Made by a program: the position numbers and the translations under genes. A stretch of DNA of 64,000 bases, taken from contig LSRY02000039.1 of the NCBI GenBank assembly GCA_001643675.2, positions 124,001 through 188,000 on the forward strand, given 5' to 3'. The notes under the pieces are model-generated. The model had not been told where the DNA came from. It saw nothing but the letters and a program-made list of their open reading frames with translations, and made no database searches. Source of the DNA: Monocercomonoides exilis PA203 (taxonomy: Eukaryota > Protista > Preaxostyla). Positions within the stretch are counted from its first letter, which is position 1. Each line of letters opens with the position of its first letter. This document shows, in pieces, positions 11,949 through 24,318 of this stretch.

Positions 11949-13488
11949 GTTGGTAGATAACCCGTGTAATTTTTTTTTATTGCAAACAGTTAAAAAAATG
12001 GATATTTTGAAATGTTCTGTGTGAATAAAAGAAATAAATTAATCAAAAGTGAAAATTCTGCACTTCGAGTGATCAATAAAGTGGGTTTTGTTGATTGAAG
12101 CTTCGCAACCTTCAACAAGAGATGTTTCACTGAGGCTTTTCAATACAATTTCCGGATTTAAGGGCCAAATGCCAGAATCCCTGAAAGATGCAACGATGGT
12201 AGATGGCTTTAATGCTTCTGATAATGCTTCTTTGAGTTTTTTGACGAAGTTGGATCTGTTTGATGCTGCATTGCTTCTCATAAAGTCTGTTTCAGTGGAG
12301 TAAATAATTATCTTTATGTTTGCATTGACATATTTATCTAATGGCTGGACAATGTGCGAGGTGTGCGAAGGAGGAAGCACAATATCGATTCTATTTACCT
12401 ATTCCAGCTCCAAAACATCTTTGCTCGTGTGGGTTGTGGAACCATCCATATGCAGGCACGCAGGAAAGTTTGATAATCCCATCAGTTTTCTTCTTCTATC
12501 AATTGAATCAACAACATCAAATTTGAATAGTCCAAAAAAAAATTCAGAATTGATTCCTTTCTTAATTGAAGCTAAAAAAAAAAATGAAAAAAAGTTGTCG
12601 GAGTTGGCCTGTGCATATTCCTGAGGAAGAAAGGTAGAATGGCTAATTACAGAAGTTTTGCAATGCTCCCCGTCAGCAGAAATAAGTAAAAACAAAGAAA
12701 TTGATGGAGGAAGAGGTGCTTCTTGAGAAATTGGGCTGGAACAATCCGGCAGAATAATAATATTCGTTGATTCAGTTGTGTCTCTTTAAATATTAGTTTC
12801 AACTATATAAAGCATTAATTGAGGAATATATTTCTTCATCTTATATAAATCTTACAAATCTTCAAAAAAAGGACGCAAAATGAGCCTTGTTGAGTGTTCG
12901 ATTCTGTTTATTGGAAGTTTTGTAGGCTTTTTTAATGAAGATCCTTTTATTTTGGAAATAAAAGAATAACCCCACTTTTTATTCACAGCCTTTTTATTTC
13001 CACTTTCGTTTTTTTTTGAAGAAGAAATGAAACTAGCCTATTTATAATTAAAAAAACAATTAAATAATTGAAATAATAAAATTCAAACTGCATTTGAACA
13101 TTGCTTTGCAGTTGTTCCTTTAAGATGGTGTAAATCATTTTTTATTTGCATTTATATTCCATCGCGATACTTTTTTCTGATTTTCCAGGGTCTTCCATTT
13201 ATTCCGACGTCTCTATGTTCATTTTTCGCATTTACAGCTCTGTAGTATGCACTCTTCGAAATCAATCCTGCCTTGAATTCATCTGATGCTCTGAAACCTT
13301 CTTTTTCAATTATTTTCAGGATTCTTTGCTGCCTTGTTGAACACTTTCTATATTCAGACGAAGAAAGAAAAGATATAAATCTACGAAGGTTAAATTTCTC
13401 TCGTTGTTTTTTCATTACAACACATTAAGGGGGCGATCATTAAGAAAATTTCCCGGGTTGTCAACTTTTTCCCGGGTTATCAACCAAC
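11949..13488 (-). mobile_element. pogo/Tigger-like (DDE_1) transposon relic with candidate TIRs
   Basis: LLISADGE, CLHMDGSTTH, LPPSHTSHIVQPLD and SFRDSGIWPLNP motifs with stops and frameshifts. 11949-11969 gttggtagataacccgtgtaa vs rc of 13468-13488 gttggttgataacccgggaaa (18/21); TA outside the right end only. Confidence 0.75.
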
Positions 13489-13554
13489 TATTGATCAAAT
13501 TAAAAAAAACTTACAGAAACTTAAAAATATATGTTTCGTTTCATTTTCTCTTTG

Positions 13555-15470
13555 TCAGTTGGTATGAAATGACATATCAGGAGTAGTTGTTTGAATATCT
13601 TGTTCATTCATTGTTATCTGTGTATCACTATCAGAAAAAGAAATATTATCAATATTAAAATTAATAAAAAATTTGGCACTATATTTTGAATTGCAATAAG
13701 AATTGAAAAAACAAATTAAATCATCAATAGTCATTGAAACATTATCATTAAAATTATTATAAATAAAACGAGTTAAATGACCAAATTCACTATCGCACTC
13801 ACTTTTCCCGTGGTGCTCTGCGAAAAATGACAAAGAACAAATTTTATTGCAAAAAATTGGAGACGAATTAGATAATAAAAAGTGAAATATGTGTGAGTTC
13901 CTAAAATGGGGACCATTATCACAAAAGAAATGAAAAGAAGAAACATCTTAGAAAATATCAAATTTTAAAAATTGTTTTTATGATTCCAACACAAATCAAA
14001 AATCATGAGATAAAATTTCTTTTCAGAAATTAAAACAAAATTTCTCAAGTTTATAAAATTTGTCAACTTTTAAAACAACAAAAAACAAGTGTAATTTTTG
14101 TTTTTTTTCATAAAAATTTTTGCAAGTTTCGTTTCTTGTCATGGGCAAAGCCCAATTCTCTTTGAAGTCCATTATGATGGATACTTCATTTTGTTTCATA
14201 TTATTTTTCACGTGATAAAAATTATCACGCTGGCATTTTGCCATTTTTCTATGGTTTTCAATTAATTCTTTTTCTTCATTTTCTTCATCATTTCATTTCT
14301 TATTCTTTTTAATATATTTTTTTTCCCCTTTCCTCTCTTAAAAATTTCCTCTCTCACAAATATAACAAAGATCAGTCCTTTTCTTGGTTTTTTTTTGAAA
14401 TTCTTTATTTTTTTTACGAAACGTAGAATAAGCCATTTTGATTTCTAATTCATTCGTCATTTCAGAATAAAAATTCTTTTTTGTTTTTTCTATCAGTCTT
14501 TTCTCTGTCGGAGAAAAAACTGTTTCTTTTTTTTATCTTCAATAATTTTCTTTTCATTTTTAGATCGAGAGGAAGTTTTGACGACTTCTTTTCGATCAAC
14601 ATCAACTGCATGTTTATTTTTTGAGTCAAAATCATTTTCATACACATAAGGAATTGCACAAGACTGGTATTCGTTCAGATCGTTGCACCGAGAGTTTTTT
14701 TTCAAGGCAAAAAAAGTTATCATACAAAAGTTTTTGATTTAAGTCAGTTCAAAAAAACAATGTTGATAAAATTCTGAATTGTTCAGAAAAATGTAATTGA
14801 ACATTCAAATTTTTTCATTTTCTTATGTTTCCATTGCAACAAGAACTGTGGCACAACATCCAGCACGCCAACATATAAATTTGGCTTGCTTTATTTGGTA
14901 TGTAAAAAACAAGAAAAGAGTCAAAAATGTGAGAGTGAAAAGACAATTATTTCGTATTGAAGCAATTATCCTTTTTTTGTTCATTTGAAGAAACTGTTTT
15001 TTCCGCTTAAAAATCTTTCAAAGCTTTTTGGGAGTAATAGAATTCGCTTTTTGTAACATTCCAATCACTCTTCTCTAGTTTTCCCATGGGAAAAATGTTT
15101 GACACACAACCGAGAACCAAAACACTTTCATGCCAATTCAGAACAGAAAGAACCTGCGAAAGATTTTCCAGTAGTTTGTTAATTTTTTCTGTTCAGTAAT
15201 ATCAGATACATTAAGAAATCCAGAAAAACAAAGAAGTTATTCTACAATAATAATACAACAATTTGAATTAATGTTTACACTATTGCAATTGCTTTCAATT
15301 ACTTCCAGAAAGGGTTTTCCAGGTTTGCTTGATGGATGAAGTGAATTAAGCATCTCTCCGGGTCCTCCGAATCCATGTCGTTCAAAGCTTTTGACAGCTG
15401 TGCAGCATGCCTGCTTTTTGTTGAGCGAGGCCTGTCGGAATACACGTTTTTTTTAATTGTGTTAATCATG
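13555..15470 (-). mobile_element. Sola-like DDD transposase relic
   Basis: Motifs in order: KRTDLCYICE..H...A, IMDFKENWALP..NFYEKKQ, FCDNGPHFRN, FFAEHHGKSECDSEFG; frameshifted; termini not identified. Confidence 0.6.
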
Positions 15471-17532
15471 AATCAATAATGGTATATTTCAAATAAAATT
15501 ATAATCGAATGTATTTTCTTGAAATATTCTATTATTTTTGCGAGAGTGAATACAATGGAAAACAAATGATATGCAAAGAATGACTGGGTTTGAAATACTT
15601 CGAATAACAAAACTTCCATATTGCAGACTGAAAAGCAGAACTTTTATCTGAATAAAACAGTGACAGTTTTGTTATCAACTTTGATGAAAAACCCTATTCA
15701 ACGCAACCTATGAAAGATATTAATTAAAACAATATTCAACAACAATCCGATTTTTGTTATCACAATTAATCACTGAAATATACAACTTTCGATATCGGAA
15801 TCTCCGAACTTTTCTTCTTTTCTCATCGCTGTCTTTTGAACTATCATTCACTCACGCATGCGCAGTTACAAACAACAAGGAACAATTTTTATAAAAGATC
15901 TTCAATCGAAAAGAGTGAGAAATTAACAATAAGCTATTAAAATTTGAACATACATCAATTACAGAAGGAATCTTCAAAAAAAAAATATTGTATTTGTTTC
16001 AATAGATTGATGATTTGAATCTTGAACAATTGTCTGTTCGGTTTAAATGTGCAAACAAATAATAAAAAAGTGTTGATTTCATTGTTCCATCATGGATATC
16101 AGATTTGAATGGTAATTAGTGCTGGATAAGTCTGTTGAAATCATGACAGATATCATTCAATACTTTTTTTCCGAAAAAAATTAACCAACGAAAAAGAAAA
16201 ATTGATAAAGAAAAAAGTTTTATCAGAGAAAACCGAACATACAGACAACTTATTGAGTTGCTTCGATGAACGACTGTAAAAAAGTGCTTTCTTTTTTATG
16301 CAACATTGATTAAAGGAGGAAGAAATGATTCAAGTGATCTAGAACTCGAACAATCAATACTTATTTGTCTTTGTGCTCGAATGATGCTTGTAATGCAAAT
16401 GAACATGATTGTGGATTTTCAATGTGAGATTGAGCCCGTCCAAATAAATCTTCAGAAAATGTTTCATAATACTATTTGAGTATCTCTTTATTATTTTTTT
16501 TTACAGAAGCTTCAAATATTGCTTTTTCTTCGTTTTCAGCTGTCAAAAAAATATCCAAGAAAACTTTTAATGAGAGTTTCAGAAGAGATGTGACTTTCAC
16601 AATATTCAATGTTGACTTTTTTATCTATTGAAATTTTAATTGTTTAGGAAACCAAAAATCTTAATATGTCCGAACGAAGCATTCAAAAATTATCTGAAGT
16701 GAGAGCTTCACGAAACATCTGAATCTCCTTCTTTTCTGTTGAAGGTGGCCTTTGCAGTTTTTTCCGAATTATTAATCATATCTTCATAAAACAAGTTATA
16801 AAACGATCAATGCATTGAGTATTGATTTTCTGTAACTCTGCTAGAATGCTGACCATGCTCAAGTTCATTTCTTTTGTTAATCATTATTTATTCTCAGAAG
16901 AACATTTATTTTATTGTCCATAAACTTCTGAAGAATCTGAAAACATATTCTCAATAAACATTCCATCATCGACAATCAATAATTTTCTTGTGATTTTGAA
17001 ATGTTCTGGTTTTCAATCTCCATCTTATTTCTTGAAGGAAAAAATACTTCCGTTTACAAATTCATTCACCCCATTTCTTTTCTTATCAATTAAACAACAT
17101 TTCTGTTGATGGATCTCATTCTTTTTCGAAAAAGAAAAAAAGACTTTCATCTTCAAACAAATTGTTGGTAAGATCAAAACGAATCTCGATAACTCTTTAT
17201 CTGATTTTTAACATTCAATCCAAGTTGTTTCAGTACACATTCTTTTGCAATAACAATTGTGAAGCAATTAACAATAATGAGTTGTTGCATATCCATTTTC
17301 TTTTACATTCTAATCAAAGACGTTTGTATTTATTGCTCCTTTTTGTTAACGAAAAATGATTCACAAAATTTCGTTATTTGACATGGCTGTGAATATGCAA
17401 ATGATTATCGATTGCAAAGCTAATGATCGAATTTATGAGATTTTTCAATAGAAATGTTTATAAGTTTGAATATTTATACTGTTTAACTGAAAGTTCGAAT
17501 GTCAATGTTTGAATGTGTATTAAGGTGATATT

Positions 17533-18978
17533 GGCATGAGCAGAATAGACGCGCACTTCTCAAATTCGTCTGAAACTTTTATAATTGATTTATTATTAAT
17601 TGTAAATAACATACACACAAACCTGACCTTGCGGAAATAAGTTGTTGACAAATTATGAATTTTTTATTTTGGCAATTTTTTCTCAAAAAATGGGTGAGAT
17701 CAAAAATCTTAAATAAAAAAATGTCAAAGATACCAGAAACAAAAGATGTGATCTCAAACATGAATTTCTTGTATGCTAATTTGGAACGCACTTGGAAGTG
17801 GATTTTCGAGCATAGGGTCCTTCCTGACACTGGGGAATGAAAACACTGCAAATTGAAAAAAATATTGTGCAAAAGAGACGATGCATATTGTTTGAGGTGC
17901 AAAAAATGCCTAAAAACAACATCCTTATTAAAAGGAACAACATTATCAAAGGCTAAAACAACAATTAATAAGATTATGCATGTGTTTCTGCTGTTTTGGC
18001 TGTAATTAAGCATTAAGAAAACTTGTCTTTTGTTATATCTGGATAGAAACACCGTTTCATACTATTAGAATATTTGCAGGTAAGTTTGTGTGGATGTGCT
18101 ATTCAAGAATCCCATCAAAATAGGAGGAGTGAGGAAGGAGGTGGAAATTGACGAAATGTTATGGAGAAGAAGGAAATATAATAGGGGAAAAAGGAAAAAG
18201 CAAGTTTGGATTTTTGGTGGTGTTGAAAGATCTGAAGAAAGTCACAAAAGATCTTTTTTGGTGGTTGTTCCAAACAGGAACAAGGAAACTCTCCGAGCAG
18301 CTATCAAAGAGCACATTTTCCCCACACAACAATATACAACGATGAATGGAAGGCCTACAATTGTCTAGATGAGGAAGGTTTTATTTACAAAACCGTTTGC
18401 CATAAGAGACATTTTGTCAATCCGGAAAATAAATCAGTCTATGCAAGCACAGTGGAAGGTTTTTGGGCAAACTTTCGGAAGTATCTACACAGATTTTATA
18501 TCCGAACAAGATTTCTTCAACTATATATTGCTTCTTTCATTGTTCGCTCGATGGGATTACTGACTTTTAATCAACTTGTTGAATCTGCAATTCATTTGAA
18601 CATCGAAAATGTCGAAATGGTTGATGAGGAAGACGAAAATGATCCATAAAAGGCGAACGAAGAGGAAGAAATCCCTGATATGGATGATCTTCCTGATGAA
18701 GACACTGATTTTGGTGCAGATGATGGAGCAGACGCATCAGAATGGTCTGATGATTAATACTTTTAAACAATATCATTCACTTTTTTCAATAAAAAAATAA
18801 ACAGAAAATATTTTCTCCCATTTTTTTATTCAAAATTTGAAAAAAAAATTATTCATAAAAATACAACAAGCTATTTGCGCAAGATAAAAATACGATAGAA
18901 TGATCGAGTATAGCAACACTCTTTGTCGTATCGATTATGAAGTGTTTTCTTTAGGTACGCGTATATTCTGCATTTGCC
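17533..18978 (+). mobile_element. Full-length Merlin (IS1595/ISXO2-like) transposon, transposase inactivated
   Basis: VEIDE..RRKYNRG..QVWIFGGVER, VPNRNKETL..IKEHI, DEWKAY, VCHKRHFVNP, VEGFW. ~24 bp imperfect TIRs (GGCA...TGCC); 8-bp TSD gtgatatt (17525-17532) / atgatatt (18979-18986). Confidence 0.9.
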
Positions 18979-21036
18979 ATGATATTTGATTAACTGGAAT
19001 CTTTCGATGAAAATGAACAGAAACAGAAAAAAGAGGAGATTGATGGATATTTCGATCAAATGAACAAAAAATAGTTTCAATATTTTTAATAAAAAAAATT
19101 GTTTCATGAAATTGATAAAATGATTGATGAAGATTATAAAATGAATATGAAAAAAATTAAACCAGCACGTTGTTGGTGGTTAATGTTTCCTTTCGCTCGA
19201 CGATGGTGTTCCTGAAAAAACAGTAAGGCAGTGTTCTCTGTTTCGTGAAAGTTGCATTGAGCAAAACAAAAACAATGAAGTTTTTGAAGAAGTTGAAAAA
19301 GCTTAAGCAACTTTGAGTCACTTTGAATTAGATGAAGGTGTATTTCAATTTCATTTTTAACTATATAAATTGCATTCTCCTTTTTCAATAAAAGAAAACT
19401 GAACGAGAACTTTTGGAAATGAAAACTTTGATACAATCTCACATCATAAAGAGCACAGAAATCTGAACAGATTTGTTAATTTGATTGCCTGTCAGTTTTT
19501 GATTAATCGAATATTTCTCAATTTTTGTTTGGAAGGAATACTATCGAATGAATAATCCTTTGCAAAAATTCAAGTGAACTTATTGGAAGATTAAATGAAA
19601 CGCATTGACTGACAAAGAAAAATGAAATGAGAAAAGAAGATATGATAGAAGTACTTATTTAATAGAATGGACGAAAACATGAAAGTTTTTCTTTTGTATT
19701 TGCGAAATACCGAATAAAAAGCTTTTTAGAATCCAAAGTCGCATCGTTCTTTTATTCAAGCACCTGAGGAAAATTGCCGAGCAATTTGTGTTCATTGCAT
19801 TTATTCATTTCTAATTGATGAAGAAGGAAACAGAATTTTCATGGTCGAGGATTTGTTAAATGAAAAAGCCATATCTCTCAATTCATATCGAAGATTTCAT
19901 CAATCAACTTTTGAAGATTAAAAACATTAAGGATTATTTGCATTGCTTTATGAACACTTGACGATGCTGCAAAAAGAGGAGGATTTTCAAATGGAAGAAG
20001 ATTTATAAATAGCCAGTGAAGAACAAACTGTTTGAGTGGATAAAAGATGAAAAATTTATAAATTGAAAGATTGGAATGCGATTTTGCATTTTAGAATGAA
20101 AATATTGCAAGTTATAGTTAGAAAAATGATATAGATTGTATTTTTTTCTGGCATATTTAAGCATGTGGAAAAGATGAAAATCGCAAACAGTGAATTAGAC
20201 TTTATATGCTTCGATTTTATAACAATTCAAAAATTTTCAAGCATTTGATAGATTTTTCGATTTTTATCACTATTTTTTTTGTAATTAAATGTATTAACAA
20301 ATACTTTATAGAAGATAAAAAAATTGAACTCATGACTTTTTTGTTTCAATTTTTTTCTAATTTGAAAGTCAATGTTTGATAGCTTTTTTCTGTTGAACTA
20401 ATAAAAAGATCTTGAACAGTTTGTTTTGCTTGTTGGATCTTTGCAAAACTAAAAAGCAAGTTGACTTGAAGCAACTGTTGGTGTAAGTTCGGAAAAGGAA
20501 AATGCATGCAGAAATTAACAAAAACATTCCCAGAAATAAGAAACAGAAACAACAAAAGAAAATACGTGGAAAATGAATTCAATAAAAAAAAAAAAAACAG
20601 AGGTTGTGACTGGTTCATTCAATGAAAATATCACATCTCAATATTCAATTAATTTATCAGTTTCTATAACATGAAGTTTCCTTAAATTGCAATCAAAAAA
20701 AGTTGAATCTTCAATTGCTTCCCAGATGATGGTTAAACATGACTTTTCTGCATATTCATGTTACTGCATGAACAAATTGAAACTTTTCATATTCTTTGAA
20801 AGGTCATTTTAGTTATATCCTAAAATATTGAATTCTTTTATTAACTGATGATCAAAAAAAATATAATGGAAGCATGCTCAACATTTTGAATTAATTAAAA
20901 TGACTTACGCATCAATTAGCGAAAGCAGTTTGTGTATGGAACATATCTTTGTTTTTTTCACAAAATTAAAAACTATGCCCCATCTATTCATTTTCGTGAT
21001 AAAAAAATATGGGTTATATTAAAAATTTTGTTAAAA

Positions 21037-21119
21037 TGCAAGGAGTGGGATTCGAACCCACGCATCCGAAGATACTAGTACCTTAAACTAGCGCCTTAGA
21101 CCGACTCGGCCATCCTTGC
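21037..21119 (-). tRNA. tRNA-Leu(AAG)
   Basis: Reverse complement GCAAGGATGGCCGAGTCGGTCTAAGGCGCTAGTTTAAGGTACTAGTATCTTCGGATGCGTGGGTTCGAATCCCACTCCTTGCA; long variable arm, AAG anticodon. Confidence 0.95.
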
Positions 21120-21481
21120 TTACATAAAAAATTGAAAATTTATCAATATTATCAATAACTTTTTTTTCAAGTTTCATTTCAATTAAAAATTATAAAAAAT
21201 GTGTTTAAAATGAGTTCTGTTTAAAATTAGAAAAATTAATTGCATTTTTATTATAAAGATGAACATTACAACTGCAAAAAATATTGGATTATATTGTTCC
21301 TGAGACTTTAATGATTTATAAATGATTCATTTTCTGCCATTCGATAAATGATGTAATAAAAATTTAGGAATTTGTTTTCACTCAAGTTAGATGTTTGATT
21401 AAAATTAAAAATAATATTTCTTCATTTTGTAACAATTGAACAGAACTGATGTTCGCGTAACAAGGTACTTTCACAACAAAT

Positions 21482-21920
21482 TTAGAAGTTTGTGGGGAAA
21501 ACGAGAGGAAGATCTTTCATCGGTGAAGAAACACCTGGGAATGGGGCATTAATAACACGATCTCCAACAGTGATCTTCTTTATCACTTTGGCTGCAGTCC
21601 ATGTTCCTGTTCGGTCGAAAATTCACAATATCAAATGTTAAAAAAAATATTTTTATGAACAAAGCCAACCCATGTTAACAGATTTTTCTGGTGCGGAAAC
21701 AGTTGCTCCTGCAGGAATTGTAAGTGTTAAGGTCTCTGCATGTTCTGGATCAATTCCTTCATATTGCACAACAGCTGTGATTTGAGCACCAGAACTGTTT
21801 GTAATGTTAGTGGAATAAACGTCTAAAATATCAAAAAACATTACACATCCGTTAATTAATTAATATATAATAGAAAAAGAACTAATCCAAAACACCTTTT
21901 GGTGGAAGCATTCTTTGCAT
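21482..21920 (-). CDS. Small beta-rich hypothetical protein (~100 aa), 3 exons
   Basis: Spliced MQRMLPPK-DVYSTNITNSSGAQITAVVQYEG..SAPEKSVNM-GTWTAAKVIKKITVGDRVINAPFPGVSSPMKDLPLVFPTNF*; GT-AG introns keep frame. Confidence 0.65.
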
Positions 21921-22054
21921 ATAAATACTTTGATCAATTTGAACCATCATATTCGATGTCACATGAATTTTTTATACGAAAAAGTGATCAAATACAAAAT
22001 TATTTAGTTAAATATTTCATATATCCAATAGTAATAAAATTTATTTGATTTGGA

Positions 22055-23631
22055 ATGGCATTTTTAGCATCAGTATGCTTTAAAAATTTGAAAAACAGCA
22101 ATTATCCACGAGTTACAAAAAATATTTATATTTTCACATTTTTTTGTAGCAAGCTTACTCATTGGTATTTGATCCATCATTTACGGAAGGTGAAGAGAAA
22201 TTCAAATTATTACAAATAACTCCTTCCATTGTGGAACAGATTGAAAAAGAAGGGTTTATTTTGTATAATTATACATATTTTTGAACTATTTTCCATTAAT
22301 ACAGCGGATTTTACATAAAGGAAGATGCGAAAGGAGAGGCAGTCATGTGCACAGAAACTGACGTATGATAGAAATTTGTCATATTTTTCTTATATAAATA
22401 TTCATTTTTGTTTCATAAAAGACTTATGAAATGAAGCAAGTTTATCATTCAAATCAATCATTTCTTGCTGACTCCACACATGATGAAAAATTGCAATCAT
22501 GCACTCAGGATGATCCAAAGAAAGTTCCACTGTTTCCAATAATTGGTTCCAATTCATCGTATCTTTGTCTTAAAAAAACAGCTCCATCAATTTCAAAGTA
22601 CGCTTTAAATGTCACATTGTTGAAAACTTTGAATAATTTGGCTTTTTATTTCAATTTATTGATGCTTCAGTGTTTTTAAACTTCTTATTCCAACTGCTTT
22701 TCGAGGACAGTTCCGAAAAGTCTCTCCTGATTATTTAAATGATCCTCATTCATCTTCATCAACAACAAATATTGGCAAGAAGTTGAAACGACCATTTATG
22801 CCTTCTTTTTCTTCATATGCCACTTCTAAGCAGCTTCTCGAAGCAGAAATTGATGAAGCTCTTTTGATTACTGAAGAAATTCTTCTTAAAAGTTAGCCAT
22901 CAACTTTTCGTATTCACTAAATTTCATATGGAAATGATTTTGTTGTTACTATTTTTGAAAATCACTCTATTATTTGTTTATTTATTGAACGGATTTTTCT
23001 TTTCTTTTCTTTTCTTTTCTTTTTTTAAATTTGACTCGACAGATATCGGTGCAAGTGAAAAAGAAATTCGGGATGAGATGAAACGATTGGGATGTTTTGA
23101 ACTGCGGGGCAAGGTGCGAATTCTGGATGAAGAATATCGCTATGCCATATTGCTGATGATAATAGAAATGGTGCTGCGACAATATGAGGATAAGCTAATG
23201 GAAGAAGACGAGGCGAGAGGAGTTGCAAAAACGGTTGAAGAAACAGGAGAAGAGGAAGAATTGGAAGAAGAATTCGAACCAGATTTTGGTGATGGAGATA
23301 AAACAAACGAAATCTTTAACAACATTCGAAATGCAAAAGCATCTATTTCAATCAAGGGATGTATTGAAGTATGATATTTTTGATGTTTTTTTTTCCTATT
23401 TATTTAATCAACAATTATTAATCATTAGGAAAACCCCGAAATCTCAGAAGTTGGAATCCGCCAAACAATACTGTATTTTTCAAGCCCTTCAGAAAGCAAT
23501 GAAGACGAAAGGATTTTGGATTGGGAGAAAATTGACGTTGCACACGCAATCGCAATATTGAAGCAAATACAACCATTCAGGGTATTTTACTTGATTTTTT
23601 CCATTATTATTATGATATATCAAAATTTTCT

Positions 23632-23674
<43 letters not shown>

Positions 23675-24235
23675 ATCTTTCTTTCTTTTTTTGCTCAACT
23701 CTAATTGAATTGGCTATTCACAATTTTTTTTATTTTGAAAAAAAAACTTGTCTCAATCCATTTTCTTTGCGCTATTCACAAATGAATCTTCAATCAAAGG
23801 GAATTTCATTGTCGTTGTTTCTTTCTCGATGGAGGCAGCGCGGTGCTTGCAGCGATATCTCAGTTTTAAAGGTTTGCTCAAGAGAAAAGAAGACACTTTT
23901 CTTCATAAAATAAAATTATTAATATTAATGTTAATATAATTTGAAACTATCTAAACTTATCTTTACAGAGGAAAGCAATAATCTCTGATGTTGGAGGGGA
24001 TAAACGAATCTTTCGAATCGATATTTCTGCTCTTCCGTCTGATCTTTCTCGTCGCTTTTCTCTTATATTTTCAATGAAGCCACAGTGGTCAGAGAGCGAA
24101 TTACGGTTAATGCTTCAGGATATTGTTCTTCCAGATGAAAACATAACTTCAATTCTAAATAGATACACTCGACCATTACGAACATCATCAAAAAGTGGAA
24201 TAACTGAAATGCAATATGTCCTAAAAGAGACATGA
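22055..24235 (+). CDS. DCC1: Sister chromatid cohesion protein DCC1 (Ctf18-RFC cofactor), many exons
   Basis: FKLLQIT..FYIKEDAKGEAVMCTETDTYEMKQVYHSN at the N-terminus; LPSDLSRRFSLIFSMKPQWSESEL..ILNRYTR at the C-terminus; TGA 24233-24235. Confidence 0.85.
23629..23690. repeat. (CTTT)n microsatellite in a DCC1 intron
   Basis: Direct reading: ttctttctttctttctttc... Confidence 0.9.
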
Positions 24236-24318
24236 AACATTTGAAACACAACAATTTAGATATTTTTTTAATAAACATTATTGAACTGATTTTTTGTTTT
24301 ATACAATATAATATTGCT

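Noticed and set aside
15600-20100. Possible hAT transposase relic flanking the Merlin (PTTCWFN near 19165; VE*GFS near 15690, minus strand)
   Set aside because: Motifs are degenerate and, even after removing the Merlin, ~2 kb apart, too far for one hAT ORF; left as unclassified decayed DNA.
20725-21030. Further ATAT-family ends near tRNA-Leu (cccc|atct at ~20980; atat|ggg at ~21010)
   Set aside because: No convincing partner terminus or TIR.
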